Shown here in pieces: positions 13,601 through 26,300 of a stretch of 64,000 nt of DNA. The notes beneath the pieces were generated by a model. It was not told the origin of the DNA. It worked only from the letters and a program-made list of their open reading frames with translations, and ran no database searches. The stretch covers positions 440,572,001 to 440,636,000 of the forward strand of contig CM097883.1 in assembly GCA_044892505.1 (NCBI GenBank). The letters run 5' to 3'. This DNA is from Schmidtea nova (lineage: Eukaryota). Made by a program: the position numbers and the translations under genes. Numbering within the stretch: position 1 is the first letter of the stretch; each line of letters opens with the position of its first letter.

Positions 13601-16171
13601 AATTTGTTATTTTATAAAAATTCATATTTTATTAATAAAAAATTTAATTATTCAAATTTTTTAAAGTAAAATTTTTTTAAAATCTTTAAATATTTCGATG
13701 GATTGATCCTTACAGCATTTTTAAACGCCTTTTTTCAAGCATTTATCCATTTTCATGGGTGCTATTGTTTAGCTTCGCAGCCTCGCAGCTTTGAGGGAAC
13801 ATAGAATTGTAGTATTAACCCACCCTTTGTAATAACCGGTTTTTGCTCTTTCAGATTACACTCATTCCGATTAACTACACACAGAAGCTTTCTGCGCAGC
13901 ACTTTAAAACGTATTAAAAAGTGAAAAATGTGGTTTGTGAATTGTTAACCTAAAAAAGTACTTGGTAATGGAAATAACTTTGGATAAAGTACTTTTGATG
14001 TTGCTCCTGCAATAAACGTGTTTTCTTTGATAAAAATATTGCGTTATTAGTGTTGGCGGAATATGATATTCTCTGTCTGAAGAGTTATCGTATACTTCGG
14101 GAAGCTTATCGTGAACGTGCTATATTTCAAGGTATACATGTACGTTGGTTTAAACGCTTTTAAAGTGGTGATTTTGATGTGAATGAAAAAGTTTCTAAAA
14201 CCAGGGGAAAACGGTAATACTGATCGCTACCACGCGTTGATACTAAAACTACTTCTAAAAGGTTAAATACTAGTTATAAGATCTTGCGGACAAACTTTAT
14301 TTTAGCGTTACCTANNNNNNNNNNNNNNNNNNNNNNNNNNNNNNNNNNNNNNNNNNNNNNNNNNNNNNNNNNNNNNNNNNNNNNNNNNNNNNNNNNNNNN
14401 NNNNNNNNNNNNNNNNNNNNNNNNNNNNNNNNNNNNNNNNNNNNNNNNNNNNNNNNNNNNNNNNNNNNNNNNNNNNNNNNNNNNNNNNNNNNNNNNNNNN
14501 NNNNNNNNNNNNNNNNNNNNNNNNNNNNNNNNNNNNNNNNNNNNNNNNNNNNNNNNNNNNNNNNNNNNNNNNNNNNNNNNNNNNNNNNNNGTGCCGAAAT
14601 ATTGTGTTATTGTTTATAAAAAAACATTTGATCTATAGTCATNNNNNNNNNNNNNNNNNNNNNNNNNNNNNNNNNNNNNNNNNNNNNNNNNNNNNNNNNN
14701 NNNNNNNNNNNNNNNNNNNNNNNNNNNNNNNNNNNNNNNNNNNNNNNNNNNNNNNNNNNNNNNNNNNNNNNNNNNNNNNNNNNNNNNNNNNNCAATAATT
14801 AATAATAGTAATAATAATATTATTAATAATAATAATAAAAAATGATAAATTGTTGTAGATTTTCGAAATAAAGATATTGAATGGTTTTCGTTTTTTGTTT
14901 GGTAACGCTAAACTAAAGTAGAACGAAAAAACACCAAACATGTTGGTAACGCTAAAATAAAGTTTGTCCGATCTTGCAATAGAAGTACTAACCCACTCGT
15001 CGTATTAACCAGATCTTGCTCCACCAGGTTACACTCGCTACTTAGAAGTGAAAAATTTGGCCTGTGAATTGTTTACCCCAAAACAAGAATTACTCGATTA
15101 GGACAATATAGGGGAATTGTGTAGCTAGTAATGGAATGAACCGCATTAATACTGGCGGACTATAATATTTTTCATTTGTTATTATAATAAATCTTCTACT
15201 TTTATTTCTCCTATTTATAAATAAATTCGAAGGCAACAAAAGTCCAGAAAACAACACTTCACGATCTTGTTAAATCCAACAGCACTTATAACAATTTCTC
15301 GACAGTCAATACTATACCACCTGTTGACAAATTAGGGCATTTACTTGTGAAATTGGCAGACATTCCTCCGGAATCTCTCGATTATATCAGTGTATCTTTT
15401 GGTCTAACGTCAGAATTGCTTCGATTTTGGAAGAAAAATAACTTTATTCCAATTTATCTTCGTCAAACAATAGTAACGTTAACGGGAAGTTTTAATGTCC
15501 AGTAATTATTTTGTTAGAATGATACCACTGGGGAACACTCGTGTGTTATGATGCGCCAGCTGCCGAAGTCGGAATTAGTTGAAGGGCAGTCACAGTGGTT
15601 ACAAGTTTATAATAATGGTAATCACCTTTATCTCGAATTCTGTTTGATTTATCTCCCTATGAAGATTTCATCCGAAGGTTTTGTAACTTGTTGCCAGGTC
15701 CATTCAAGAATATTGATTCGGTCCTCGTTTTGGAATTGATACATCAGAAGTCAAAAGTCGATATCGGTTGTAAAATGGAAGTAACACCGAACGATTTAAT
15801 CACAAATTTCACTGCAAATGACTTCAGTAGACTCGATAATTATGTGAAAGGTGTAACTGATTATCACGGAATAATGGATTTGGTTCACAGACTATCGATT
15901 TTGTGTCATACTAAGAAATTTCCCAATTTGAAACTTCCAAAATTTCAAGATGTAAATTTTATTTTATTCTAATAAATTTTTACAGGAAAGAATATTTTAG
16001 CTGGTCTTAGTTAGTTTGGGTCTCCAATACAAAACTGTCGATGAGCTCGTTGAAGACTTAGCTGCTTTTAAAGGAGAAGGTTTGAAAATGACTACTGGTT
16101 CGGAAATATTAGGCCATTTGAAAGAATCTTTAAAGTCTTTGACAAAGTCTATTAAAATCATAATGAAATGA
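4792..16171 (+). CDS. NAT10: RNA cytidine acetyltransferase NAT10/Kre33, 12 coding exons, ~921 aa
   Basis: GT-AG exons in consistent phase: 4792-4982, 5032-5061, 5106-5361, 5418-5630, 5680-6340, 10030-10289, 10335-10550, 10596-10736, 15233-15472, 15518-15617, 15665-15951, 16001-16171. Motifs: LQDFDCLTPNKIAKVIETVKGGG, Walker A GRGRGKSALLG, IDETAAIPLP, SSTMHGYEGTGRSLSLK, EPIRY, SSHYKNTPNDLQ, RIVRIAVHP..QRQGYG (GNAT), SFGLT..LLRFW, TGEHSC, GLQYK. AATAAA lies just after the stop. Confidence 0.95.
6451..6967. repeat. Imperfect inverted repeat (~70-90 bp arms) around an AT-microsatellite/N core
   Basis: ctcggcttcatcaaaaaatgaacaatttcaattttaaaaatcttttt (6473-) is the reverse complement of aaaaagatttttaaaattgaaattgtttatttttttgatgaggtcgag (-6966). 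Confidence 0.7.
7437..7600. mobile_element. Head-to-head pair of PLE family A pseudo-LTR fragments (diverged subfamily) running into (ATT)n
   Basis: Minus arm 7437-7486 and plus arm 7490-7600. The plus arm ends in aaaaagataattatgat, as at 61716, followed by a long (ATT)n tract to ~7687. Confidence 0.85.
11860..12312 (+). mobile_element. PLE family B 3' fragment (GIY-YIG endonuclease), interrupted by a hAT element
   Basis: KYVLVLPHSEGF..LVYRLSCNGCNATYIGETARHLCTRVLEH..H..*..YEALLIRYLNPKIN. The sequence resumes after the hAT TSD at 13270. Confidence 0.85.
12313..13261 (+). mobile_element. Internally deleted hAT (Charlie/SPIN-like) transposon retaining the C-terminal dimerisation domain
   Basis: TIRs cagcgatgtccaaact / agtttgggcatcgctg (15/16 match) and a perfect 8-bp TSD gtttaagt. 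ORF 12467-12895 reads RFSDF..LFENPF..LQLEL..FPNLRIFA..FGSTYIVEQ..MK..RN.L. Confidence 0.93.
13790..15140 (+). mobile_element. Decayed mariner remnant, split by a MITE
   Basis: Peptide pieces ESYRILREAY, RWFKRFKSGDFDV, LKPG..NTDRY and EVLTHSSY*PDLAP. Boundaries are approximate. Confidence 0.7.
14288..14969. mobile_element. Non-autonomous DNA transposon with GG termini and 8-bp TSD (Merlin-like), containing a PLE pseudo-LTR piece (14591-14642)
   Basis: Perfect 25-bp TIR ggacaaactttattttagcgttacc / ggtaacgctaaaataaagtttgtcc; TSD gatcttgc at 14280-14287 and 14970-14977. The superfamily is inferred only from the termini and TSD length. Confidence 0.75.
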
Positions 16172-17397
16172 TTTTTTTAATAAAGTATTCAATTTGTCAT
16201 TCGTCTTTTGAAATTTAATAATATATAAAGTTGAGTAAGATGGCGAAAGGTAAAGAAATTTAACTTAATTAAGTGTATAACTCGAATTATTACATTAAGT
16301 TTTTATAAAAATTCACAATTTGATGTTATTGGTCAAATTTATATTACGAACTCAGTATTAACTCTAAAATAAAAGTGTAAAAAAACTAACAAAATCTCTC
16401 GAACGGTGGACTTCTATGACATTTCAAGCACATTATAAGTGTTTTCATCTAACATTGTCATTTAAGTTCTACAAGTCAGCATTTTCTTGTTCCAATAGAC
16501 AAAAAGTCTAACCTGTAGTCGTGGAACTTGTCATTATTTATTGACAATTTGTTCTGCACAGATCACAAACTCAAAATCATGCTAATTGTGATGACTTCAC
16601 TTGTTTCAGCTTTACTTTCTCGCTAGCATCAATCATTTTTGAATGACACTACTTCGAAAGTAATACTGAATTTCATTGGTTACATGTTTAAGGATTACTG
16701 ATTTATTTCAAAATTACAAATCAATTTCGCAAAATTTATGTCTACATAAAAATGACATCATACTCAATGAAATAGACTTTAATTCACGGAATTCAATAAT
16801 TAAGAAATTGGTTAGAAATAAGACGTGTAAATTACACGTGCTAAAAGCAATAAAAAGACTTAATTATTACAACTCGATAAATAGTTTTAAATAAGTCATA
16901 TAATTAAAATTATACAAAAAATGACAATAAGTCTCATTTTAAAAAAAAATTCTAATTTCAATTATTTTAAACTTTGTTTAATAAAAGCCGACATTTTTAT
17001 TAGCATTACTTTATATAAGAAAACTAGTTAGTCTTCAATTATTCAATGGTTTTTGTCTATAAGATTTAAATTCTATCTAATAAATTACCAAATTATGGAA
17101 ATACTTTCCAACTTTCGAAAAAAAATTCCTTGTCCTTTTGATTAAGTTGTTTTATTTTGTCTGTTTAAATCAATACATAAGTTGATGATTTTTAAATGAA
17201 GCTCATTTTTTTTATTTTAAAATTTTTAAGTAAGTAATATTTACTCTGAATAATTATGACAATTTTCAAAATGTAAAACAATTTCTAAATAGACATTTTA
17301 TTAACGGAAGAAATATGTATAAATCATGCATTTATTTTATTAGAATTTTTTCCCTTCATTTTCTTATTGTTATTTTTGATTTTTAGAAGATTCAGTC

Positions 17398-20300
17398 ATG
17401 TCAAATATTATAGTTAAATCTTTCACTTTATTAATCATATTCCAGTTTGCTGACTTTTCAAATCAAACAGGTAATTGAATTTGCATTTTTTTAAATGTAT
17501 TTGTTAATTTGGTTTATTGAGATTAATTATTTTAAATTTTAATAATATATTAGTAATTTTTAATATAAATTATTACAACTAAACTTATGTTTTTAATTTA
17601 CACAACTTTTTATTTTACTTTTATTTATAATTTTAATTTTTTTATTTTGTGATTATTTGAAAGTCTGTTGGTAATAAATTATTGATTTTAATGTTGAATG
17701 TAGAATTATTTTGTCGAAATATGTGATTAAATTGAGTTCGAAATGGAAAATATTTCAATAATACAGTTTATTTGAATTTTAAATTGATATTGTAAAATTA
17801 TTATGAAATTTTATTAACATTTTAGTTATATAAATCAGAAAATCCTTTTGTCCTGTTAATTTTTATAAAGCATTTAAACGTTTTTCGAACGGTTAGCTCT
17901 GATAAGAATGGCATATTTTCCATTTGTTTTATTAAATTTGCGTCAATTCCATTTATGTATATGGTTTTCTATTAACGAATGCGTTAAAATAGTTTTGCGA
18001 AGTTTGAGTCAGTAACTTTGATTAGAAACACATCGACAGATAAACCTGAGAATTATTTTTCACGAATTTTTTGATCTTATGAAGTTGGGAATACCATCTC
18101 ACTTGATGATAACAAAATCGAAACAATTTGAAATACAATGGCAAAGTACACCAGTTTCTTAACCATCATAACTGTAACTAAAGAAATTATTTCACAATTT
18201 CATTCCGGTTAAAAAGTGAAAGTTTGGATGGATGTTTACATGCTACGTATTTATGACCTATTTTTTATTTTCATGGGAATTTGAATAGTAAAATATGGTT
18301 TAATCTTGCCTAATTTCAAAAATTTCGCAGAATTATCCAACTAACAATTTTTAACAGCTCCTGTTCATTTTCATGTCACGTAAAGGAATTTTGGAGTCTC
18401 AAATTACCAGGAACATAGATTAGAAAAACAGGATCATTTTTTAGGTTGCTAGATCACCTGAAATAATGTCCCAGCAGAAGTTTAATGAAGGCTGAATTTA
18501 AAAGTTTACATATAATATGGGATATATGTGTGCCAAATCGTCTTCTGAAATCGTATCTAACGGTATTCAGCTTTGTGGGCGTCTCTTTAAAGTTATTCAT
18601 GTTTAGTCTTGCATTTGAAATTGTGAAGTGCAGTTGTAATTTGAGATAAATTCTTGTTTCACCAAAATAAATTAATATTTTTTAAGATAGAGGTGTTTTA
18701 TAATACAATTAGTGAAAAACGTAATTATTCGGAGTATTTTATATACGGTAATATAAGTAATTTATTTATATTTTATAAATTTTTAAAAAGTTTCTTGCTG
18801 TGGGACATATTTGTCCCTCATGTCGTTTTTGCTGTGGGACATATTTGTCTTGTAAAGTTTTTAATTTTGTTTTTGTATATAATAATAAAAAATGAATGTA
18901 AAAGAAATTGAAGAACATTTGTTGAGCTTATCACATAGCTCAGTCAGTAATGATCCTTAACATAATACTTTTTTTTAAAATCATTTAAAACCTAAAACGA
19001 AAGCTGCTTCGAAAGGGTCAATATTAATGAACATTCCGTTGAAAAATATTAAATTTTAATTAGTAAGTGTTACGGTATAAAAATATTGCTGTCTTATTTT
19101 GGATGTTTGATTAATATTAAATTTCAAAAATGGTAGTTTTCATTAAAAATTGTGAATTTTATATAGTTTACTATGAAAGTTTTGCAACGTTGTTTTTTAA
19201 AAAGTAGTTCAAAATACTTTCTGCTTCCACTAATCCACTTTTCAATTTTTAGAATTCAGCCAATAAAAACTTTATATTTTAATTGAAAAAATGTTTATTC
19301 CTAATCTCACACTACCGATAGTTTTACATTGCCTTAAAATTGATGTCCGTTTAATTAATCCTTAATAACGTAAAATCATCATAAGTCATAGGAGACAATA
19401 TTAAGATTGTAGAGTATATGATGTAGAAGTTTAAACTGGGTTTTCTCGATCTATTCCCTAGTAATTTGGACTAAATATTTCTGAATATTTGCTTTTATAA
19501 AAATCATCGCCAGTCTAAGATGAAAAATGAATTATAAAAACACGCCAGTATTATACAGTGTGGTGTAAGCGCCACTTCTGCGCTGCCAGATTTACAATTA
19601 AAATATGAAGTTACTAGATGGTGTTTCTATATCGTTATACTGACAATTTAATAATATCAATCTTACAAAACAGGTGTGCATCATAGATACCACTTATTTT
19701 TACATTTGTCTTTAGATCATCTCTCAAAGTTTTAAATTCTGTCTATATATTGTTAGATTGGAAATTGATTAAGTCTAAAAAATATTCTTGGAAAATTGAA
19801 AGAAATATTTAAACTAAATGACGGAATTCAAAATGGCAAGTACACAACCTTTCATTTTTCCCCAAAGGTTTAAACAAAAATAAAGGGTTACAAACAACAT
19901 GATAAATAGGCAATATATAAAACCACGATCTTTGACCATGGGCAATGAAATTTTGTAGGTAAATTTGTTAATATACTTTCGTTTTAAGGATAAACGTATT
20001 ATTTGTTACCTTACAGATTGATATTTTTGAACGTGCACTGGTGTATTCTCATTTTGGAATATATACACTTTGTTTTTTGCTTTTGAAGGTGGATCGTAAT
20101 AACAGTCATGTCTCATCGTTTGTTATAATAGTATTCACACCACGAAAAGTCACATATTGAAACATCATTAGCCTTTTAATATGCTTATTTACACTGTTCC
20201 TCAGTAAAATCTTTTAAGATCGAGTGTGTAAATTATTCTTTACCATTTTTTGAACATCAGATTCATCAATGTGTGACTCCTCAGTCTTGAAGTAGTTTAT

Positions 20301-23300
20301 TAAAAGTTGAAATCTATATTCTAAAAGTTTACATAGCGGCCATATCCTCCCATGGAAGAATTACGTTCCACTTTAACGCAAAATCACATTACTAATAGGA
20401 TAAAGAAAAGGAGCCATAAAAACTGTTCCTACACAAACGAAAATACAGGGAACCTTAGAAAACTTTAAAATACGCTTCCTTCAAAGAACTTACCTTGAAG
20501 AATTTATAACAAAATACTATCTTAACAAACACTACCACAATATACGCAACAAAAAGAAACGACAGAAACACATTAAAAATAATAACCAAAAGATTTATGA
20601 TTTCCTTTGAAAATTAGAAGCATTTTCAACAAAATACATTTGCATATAGGCATCCGTCCTACTTTTATGACATATGCACCTTTCAAATTACAACTTCGAA
20701 ATCCCCCATTATCAAACATCTTTTTTAATGTTTTTTGCGGTTCTACGACCAGCTGCTTTTGCTTTTCCAAGAACATAGTATATAAACTTACGAGTCTTAA
20801 ATATGAGGAAAAACACAAAACTTTTCGCAACCGTCTTTATGAAGACACTAAAAATAAAATCAGCAAATATTAAGAACACTAAGAAAGTACATAAAATGAT
20901 CCCATCTAAAGATGAAATAAGAAGCCAACTTTTACACAACGGATTTAAAAATTCATAACACAGATTAGCTTCCGAAACTTCTTTTATCAAAAATCACTAA
21001 TCGTCCATTAACACTCAATTCATACAAGATAATTATGTTTAAAGTTTAAAATCAAATTAAATTAAAATTTATCCAATAAAATAATTTTAAAATATAAAAT
21101 AAATAATTAAATTTACTGTATAAGATTAAGTTAATATAACGATTGAAATACACACTGGATAAAAGACAAAAAATTAATAAAAATTATTGAATTGAAAAGT
21201 TGAAATATTTTATTGTGTAACCATTTCAAGAGGCTTCCCAAACTCTGACAATACCAGCAAAGTTGCCATCAAGGCTGAAGTTTTTAATAATTTTGTCTCC
21301 TGTATGAAACCATGACTGATATTCTTTTGCTGATTATCACTGTACTACTAAAATAGAAAAATGACGTTCAATAACATGTTTAGACTTGCTAGCGGTTTTA
21401 CAAAAATGATGTTACTAAATTTGTATGAACTAGGCAGCAAGTTTTCTTATTTATGGTAATTTCAAAAATTTTTATTTTAAACAACGAAACATTAATTCCT
21501 CTAAATTAGTGATACACAACCTGTTTTCAGTAAAGGGTTAATTTAAAAAAATTACTCAACATTTTAATTATTTAGAAATTTTAATTATATTTTCAGTCAT
21601 AATATAAATTATTTATTATTATTATCAATAATTCTCATAATGACTATAGATCAAAATTTTTTTTTATAAACAATAACACAATATTTCGGCACAGCCTTTA
21701 TCAAGTGTGTATAAATACACACTTGATAAAGGCTGTGCCGAAATATTGTGTTATTGTTTATAAAAAAAAAATTTTGATCTATAGTCATCATTATGAGAAT
21801 TATTGATAATAATAATAATAATAATAATAATTGATAATAATTGATAAAGGCTGTACCGAAATATTGTGTACTTAAAAACCAAATAATTTTGATCTATAGT
21901 CATTATGAGAATTATTGATAATAATAATAATATTATTATCAATAATTCTCATAATGACTATAGATCAAAATTTTTTTTTTATAAACAATAACACAATATT
22001 TCGGCACAACCTTTATCAAGTGTGATAAAGGCTGTGCCGAAATATTGTGTTATTGTTTATAAAAAAAAATTTTGATCTATATTCATTATGAGAATTATTG
22101 ATAATAATAATAAAAAAAGATCAAAGGTGAAAAAAGATAATTATGTTATTAATAATAATATATATTTTAATAATAATATATATTTCACTAGTCATAATCG
22201 TTTGGTAACTTTCCCGCCAAACATAAATTAACCATGTTAGCTTCCATAACAAATATAGCAATAACTGAAATGTCGACACAAATATCTCATGCAAGCATTC
22301 GTATCCTTGAATCGAAGTAGACTTAAATATTTTATATTTCTGCACTAAACACGTTGAATATGTTATCAATTATTTGAACAGTTGAAAATAAAAGTAGACT
22401 TAATAAGTTGACTTAAATATTTTATATTTCTGCACTAAACACGTTGAATATGTTATCAATTATTTGAACAGTTGAAAATAAAAGTTCCATTTTAATTAAA
22501 GTTGCTTTTTGGTTTCCAATAAGTCATAAATTTAAATCTATATTAATTGTTATGTTCTAAATTATTAAAACAAATCCAACTATTTAATAATTTATACATA
22601 TATTTCACATATATTTTAAATTATTAAATGACTATTGATTACTTTTCTATAAAAGTTCAATTTATAAAATCGTAGCTTTTAAAAGGTATTCAAATCATAA
22701 AAAAATAAAGTCAAATAAATAAACACGAAAGAAACATTTCTCTCATTTGTATTGTCAATATAAATATATTTTCAATTCTATTAGCGTGTTTCTAAAATTT
22801 TCGTTGACGTACCAAAAAATTCTAATGGATCTCAGAGATTAAAAACATTTTTCTTTATTATTTTTTTTCAAATTTGTCAACAAATCAACTGGACTAATTG
22901 ATATATTTTAACTGCTAACAATTAATTTTAGTATAAAATATTAATTCTTTTTCATTAGTTACAATATATTCTACTATTGCTATTATTGTTAATAGTTAAA
23001 AAACAAACGAAATCCAAATATATATTCTGCGAAATATATTTCTAGAACTTCCATCTCATCATCAGGTGCTATTCAATCAACCAATCCAATATAAATCAAA
23101 TAAATCGATTTTCAAACGAAATAATCATTTTTTTAAAAATTTAAATTATATATTTTATAAAATAACCAAAACATTTAAAATTAATAAATTAATTTTTAAT
23201 TTAAATAAATTAGTCCTAAAAATCATATTCTTTTTTTAATATATTTTTTAAGAATATTTTATAAATATTTTCCATATTTATAAACAACACTATGATTGAA

Positions 23301-26300
23301 GAGTGCGTGTGTTTACTTCATTTTTTGCGGTTTAAGTAAATTAACTGATGTGATTGTTGACGATTCTTATATTTTTCTTTTGATATTTATTCTATGCTCG
23401 TTTAATTTTTCAAATGTCATGGGCGAAATGCCACATACTTTGGAGCAGACTATTACCGTATTTTCTGTACTTGAGTGTTAGAGAATTTTCAATTGATGAT
23501 TATGGACTTTGTCTTCAATCATACTGTTGTTTATAAATATTGGAATATTTATGAAATATTCTTAAAAAATATTTTAAAAAAAGAATATGATTTTTAAGAC
23601 TAATTTAAAATTAAAAAATAATTTATAGTTTTAAATGTTATGGTTATTTTATAAAATTTATAATTTACATTTTTAAAATAAATATGATTAATTCGTTTGA
23701 AAATCGATTTATTTAATTTATATTGGAATGGTTGATTGAATAAAACCTGACGATGAGAATGAGTTTCTCGAAATATATTTCGCAGATTAAAAATATTTTG
23801 ATTAGCGATTGTTTTTAATTATTTCAGGGCCATGTTTGTTGTGTTATGTATTATTAATAGTATTAACATTTTTATTATTTCTATGATAATTGATTTTATT
23901 TTCACTGATACTTATTTACATGATAAAATTATGTCTAATTTGTTCTATAGAAGCCTAAAGGTCGTTAAAACATTTTTCAAAGTCGAAATATGAATGATTA
24001 TTTCAGTGAAATCTACTAAAAATTTTGTTTATATATCCGATAAAAATACACAATGTTCAATTCTGAACTTTTATTTTTATTTCTTTAGAAGGTACTAATC
24101 TAGCACAATGAGATAAATAAATAATTACAAAAAAGACGTATCCATGACAAGTAGGTACTTCCACATATATATTGCATGGTTTTCTGGAGTAGATATATTA
24201 ATAAACAATGAAAAACTGAGAACTCAGGCATTCAATATTCATCAAGTAGTAATTATAAGGAGTTACACAATAGAGCATACGTGTCAGGGCAATAAAATAT
24301 ATCGTAATAAGAACACTAGTTCGTTACCCGCTGCCTGAATCCGGATAATTATATGTTCACAATCACACTATCAGAGGAACAGTTGACACATTACTTATCA
24401 TATTTCCAAAACTTGTTGAAAAAGGATGATGTTCAATTTGTTCCATTGTATTATTACAGTGAAATAAACTGGAAATATCATATGTAAAAATAACACAAAA
24501 TTTAAATTATTTACGCAATTTGAAATAAAACATTTGAAATGTTGAAAATAAATTGAGTTAATTTAACGTATTCATTAATTATATCAAGGTCAAATTTAAT
24601 AACTTTTTTGATTAATTTATATTTAAATGGTATAGTATTTACCGATTAATATATGACAGATTTTTAAATATAATTTTACTATAATATTATGTACAATACT
24701 ATTTATTAAAAATTATAATTAAAAATCAAAATATTTATAATATATTTATTTCGTAACCTTGTTTTAATTAACTGTGCTACTTAAAAACAGTTTTGTTTGT
24801 TTTTACAAATTTGTTTGTCAAAATATAATAACATTCTTTATAATTCAATTTTATGAATTCCAAAAATTTTAAATTTTGCAATTTATAACTATAATTCTAA
24901 ATGATTTGGAAAATACAATTATCGGAACTAGCAGTAGTAATTATTTTTTACACATGCTTGTCATACAGATGTATTACAAGCTTTTCCTCTTTCCTTCTTC
25001 CTCAATGGTTATCCCACTTAATAATGTTAAGAATCGACCTGGGAGAATTAGTTTATTATTATTACGCTTAATTTATTCATCAATTGCCGTTTAAAATAAA
25101 GAAAACAATTAATAATATAGAAGAATTATTATATTATTAAAATAAATTCCTTGAAATTTTGATTTAAATTTTACTTTTATATAATTTATGAATGATCAAG
25201 CTCACTACAAAATCCAGTTAAATTTTTTTTAATAAGCTTTTAGAATGGTTTTCGGAACTTTATTTAATAAAGTTTCCCCCTATCCATTTGCAGATGTTAA
25301 TTGATACAATACCAAAATGAATTAAATATGTCATATAATACACAGGCTTTTTTATTCTACTTTAAATGTTGATGTACTTTCTATAACTATAATTATAATT
25401 ATTATTATAATTATTATTATTTAGTATTAATTATATTATTATCATTATTATAAGGAATAATAAAATTAATTAATTAAATTAACCTATTACACAATAATAA
25501 TTCCAAATCGTAGTTTCAAAAATAAAGTTATTTATGATGTTTGATTGTGTGTTTGAATGTATGCGTGTTTGAATGTATGCGTGTTTGCAGGTAAGCCAAT
25601 GAAGAGCTAGACAAGGGTGTCTATACGTTTTGATCGGGAGACCAAAAAGGAACACCAAAAATTGTGCGGCCAATTTTTTTGCTTGGTTTTTAATTATTTG
25701 ATTGAAATTTTGTTTACAGGCTTANNNNNNNNNNNNNNNNNNNNNNNNNNNNNNNNNNNNNNNNNNNNNNNNNNNNNNNNNNNNNNNNNNNNNNNNNNNN
25801 NNNNNNNNNNNNNNNNNNNNNNNNNNNNNNNNNNNNNNNNNNNNNNNNNNNNNNNNNNNNNNNNNNNNNNNNNNNNNNNNNNNNNNNNNNNNNNNNNNNN
25901 NNNNNNNNNNNNNNNNNNNNNNNNNNNNNNNNNNNNNNNNNNNNNNNNNNNNNNNNNNNNNNNNNNNNNNNNNNNNNNNNNNNNNNNNNNNNNNNNNNNN
26001 NNNNNNNNNNNNNNNNNNNNNNNNNNNNNNNNNNNNTCCTTTGAATATATAATGCAGTTTTTAATTATAGAAGTAAACTATTCAAGTTTTAAATCTTATA
26101 TCAAATTTTAGGTTTTTACATTATCTTCTATTATTGCTTTAAGTTTTAAATTTTTGCATTGTAATAAATAAAAATAGTTTTACATTTTTATATTTAACTG
26201 AAGTTTACCATGTATATTTTTTATTGGAAAATTGGAAAAAAAATAATTTCACTTCTATTCTTCTTTCAATGCTCTTCTTGCTTGGCCAGATATTTTTGAT

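Noticed and set aside
21613-22145. CRISPR-like array of repeated gccgaaatattgtg units
   Set aside because: Units alternate in orientation, have no unique spacers, match the PLE pseudo-LTR, and the DNA is eukaryotic with no cas genes.
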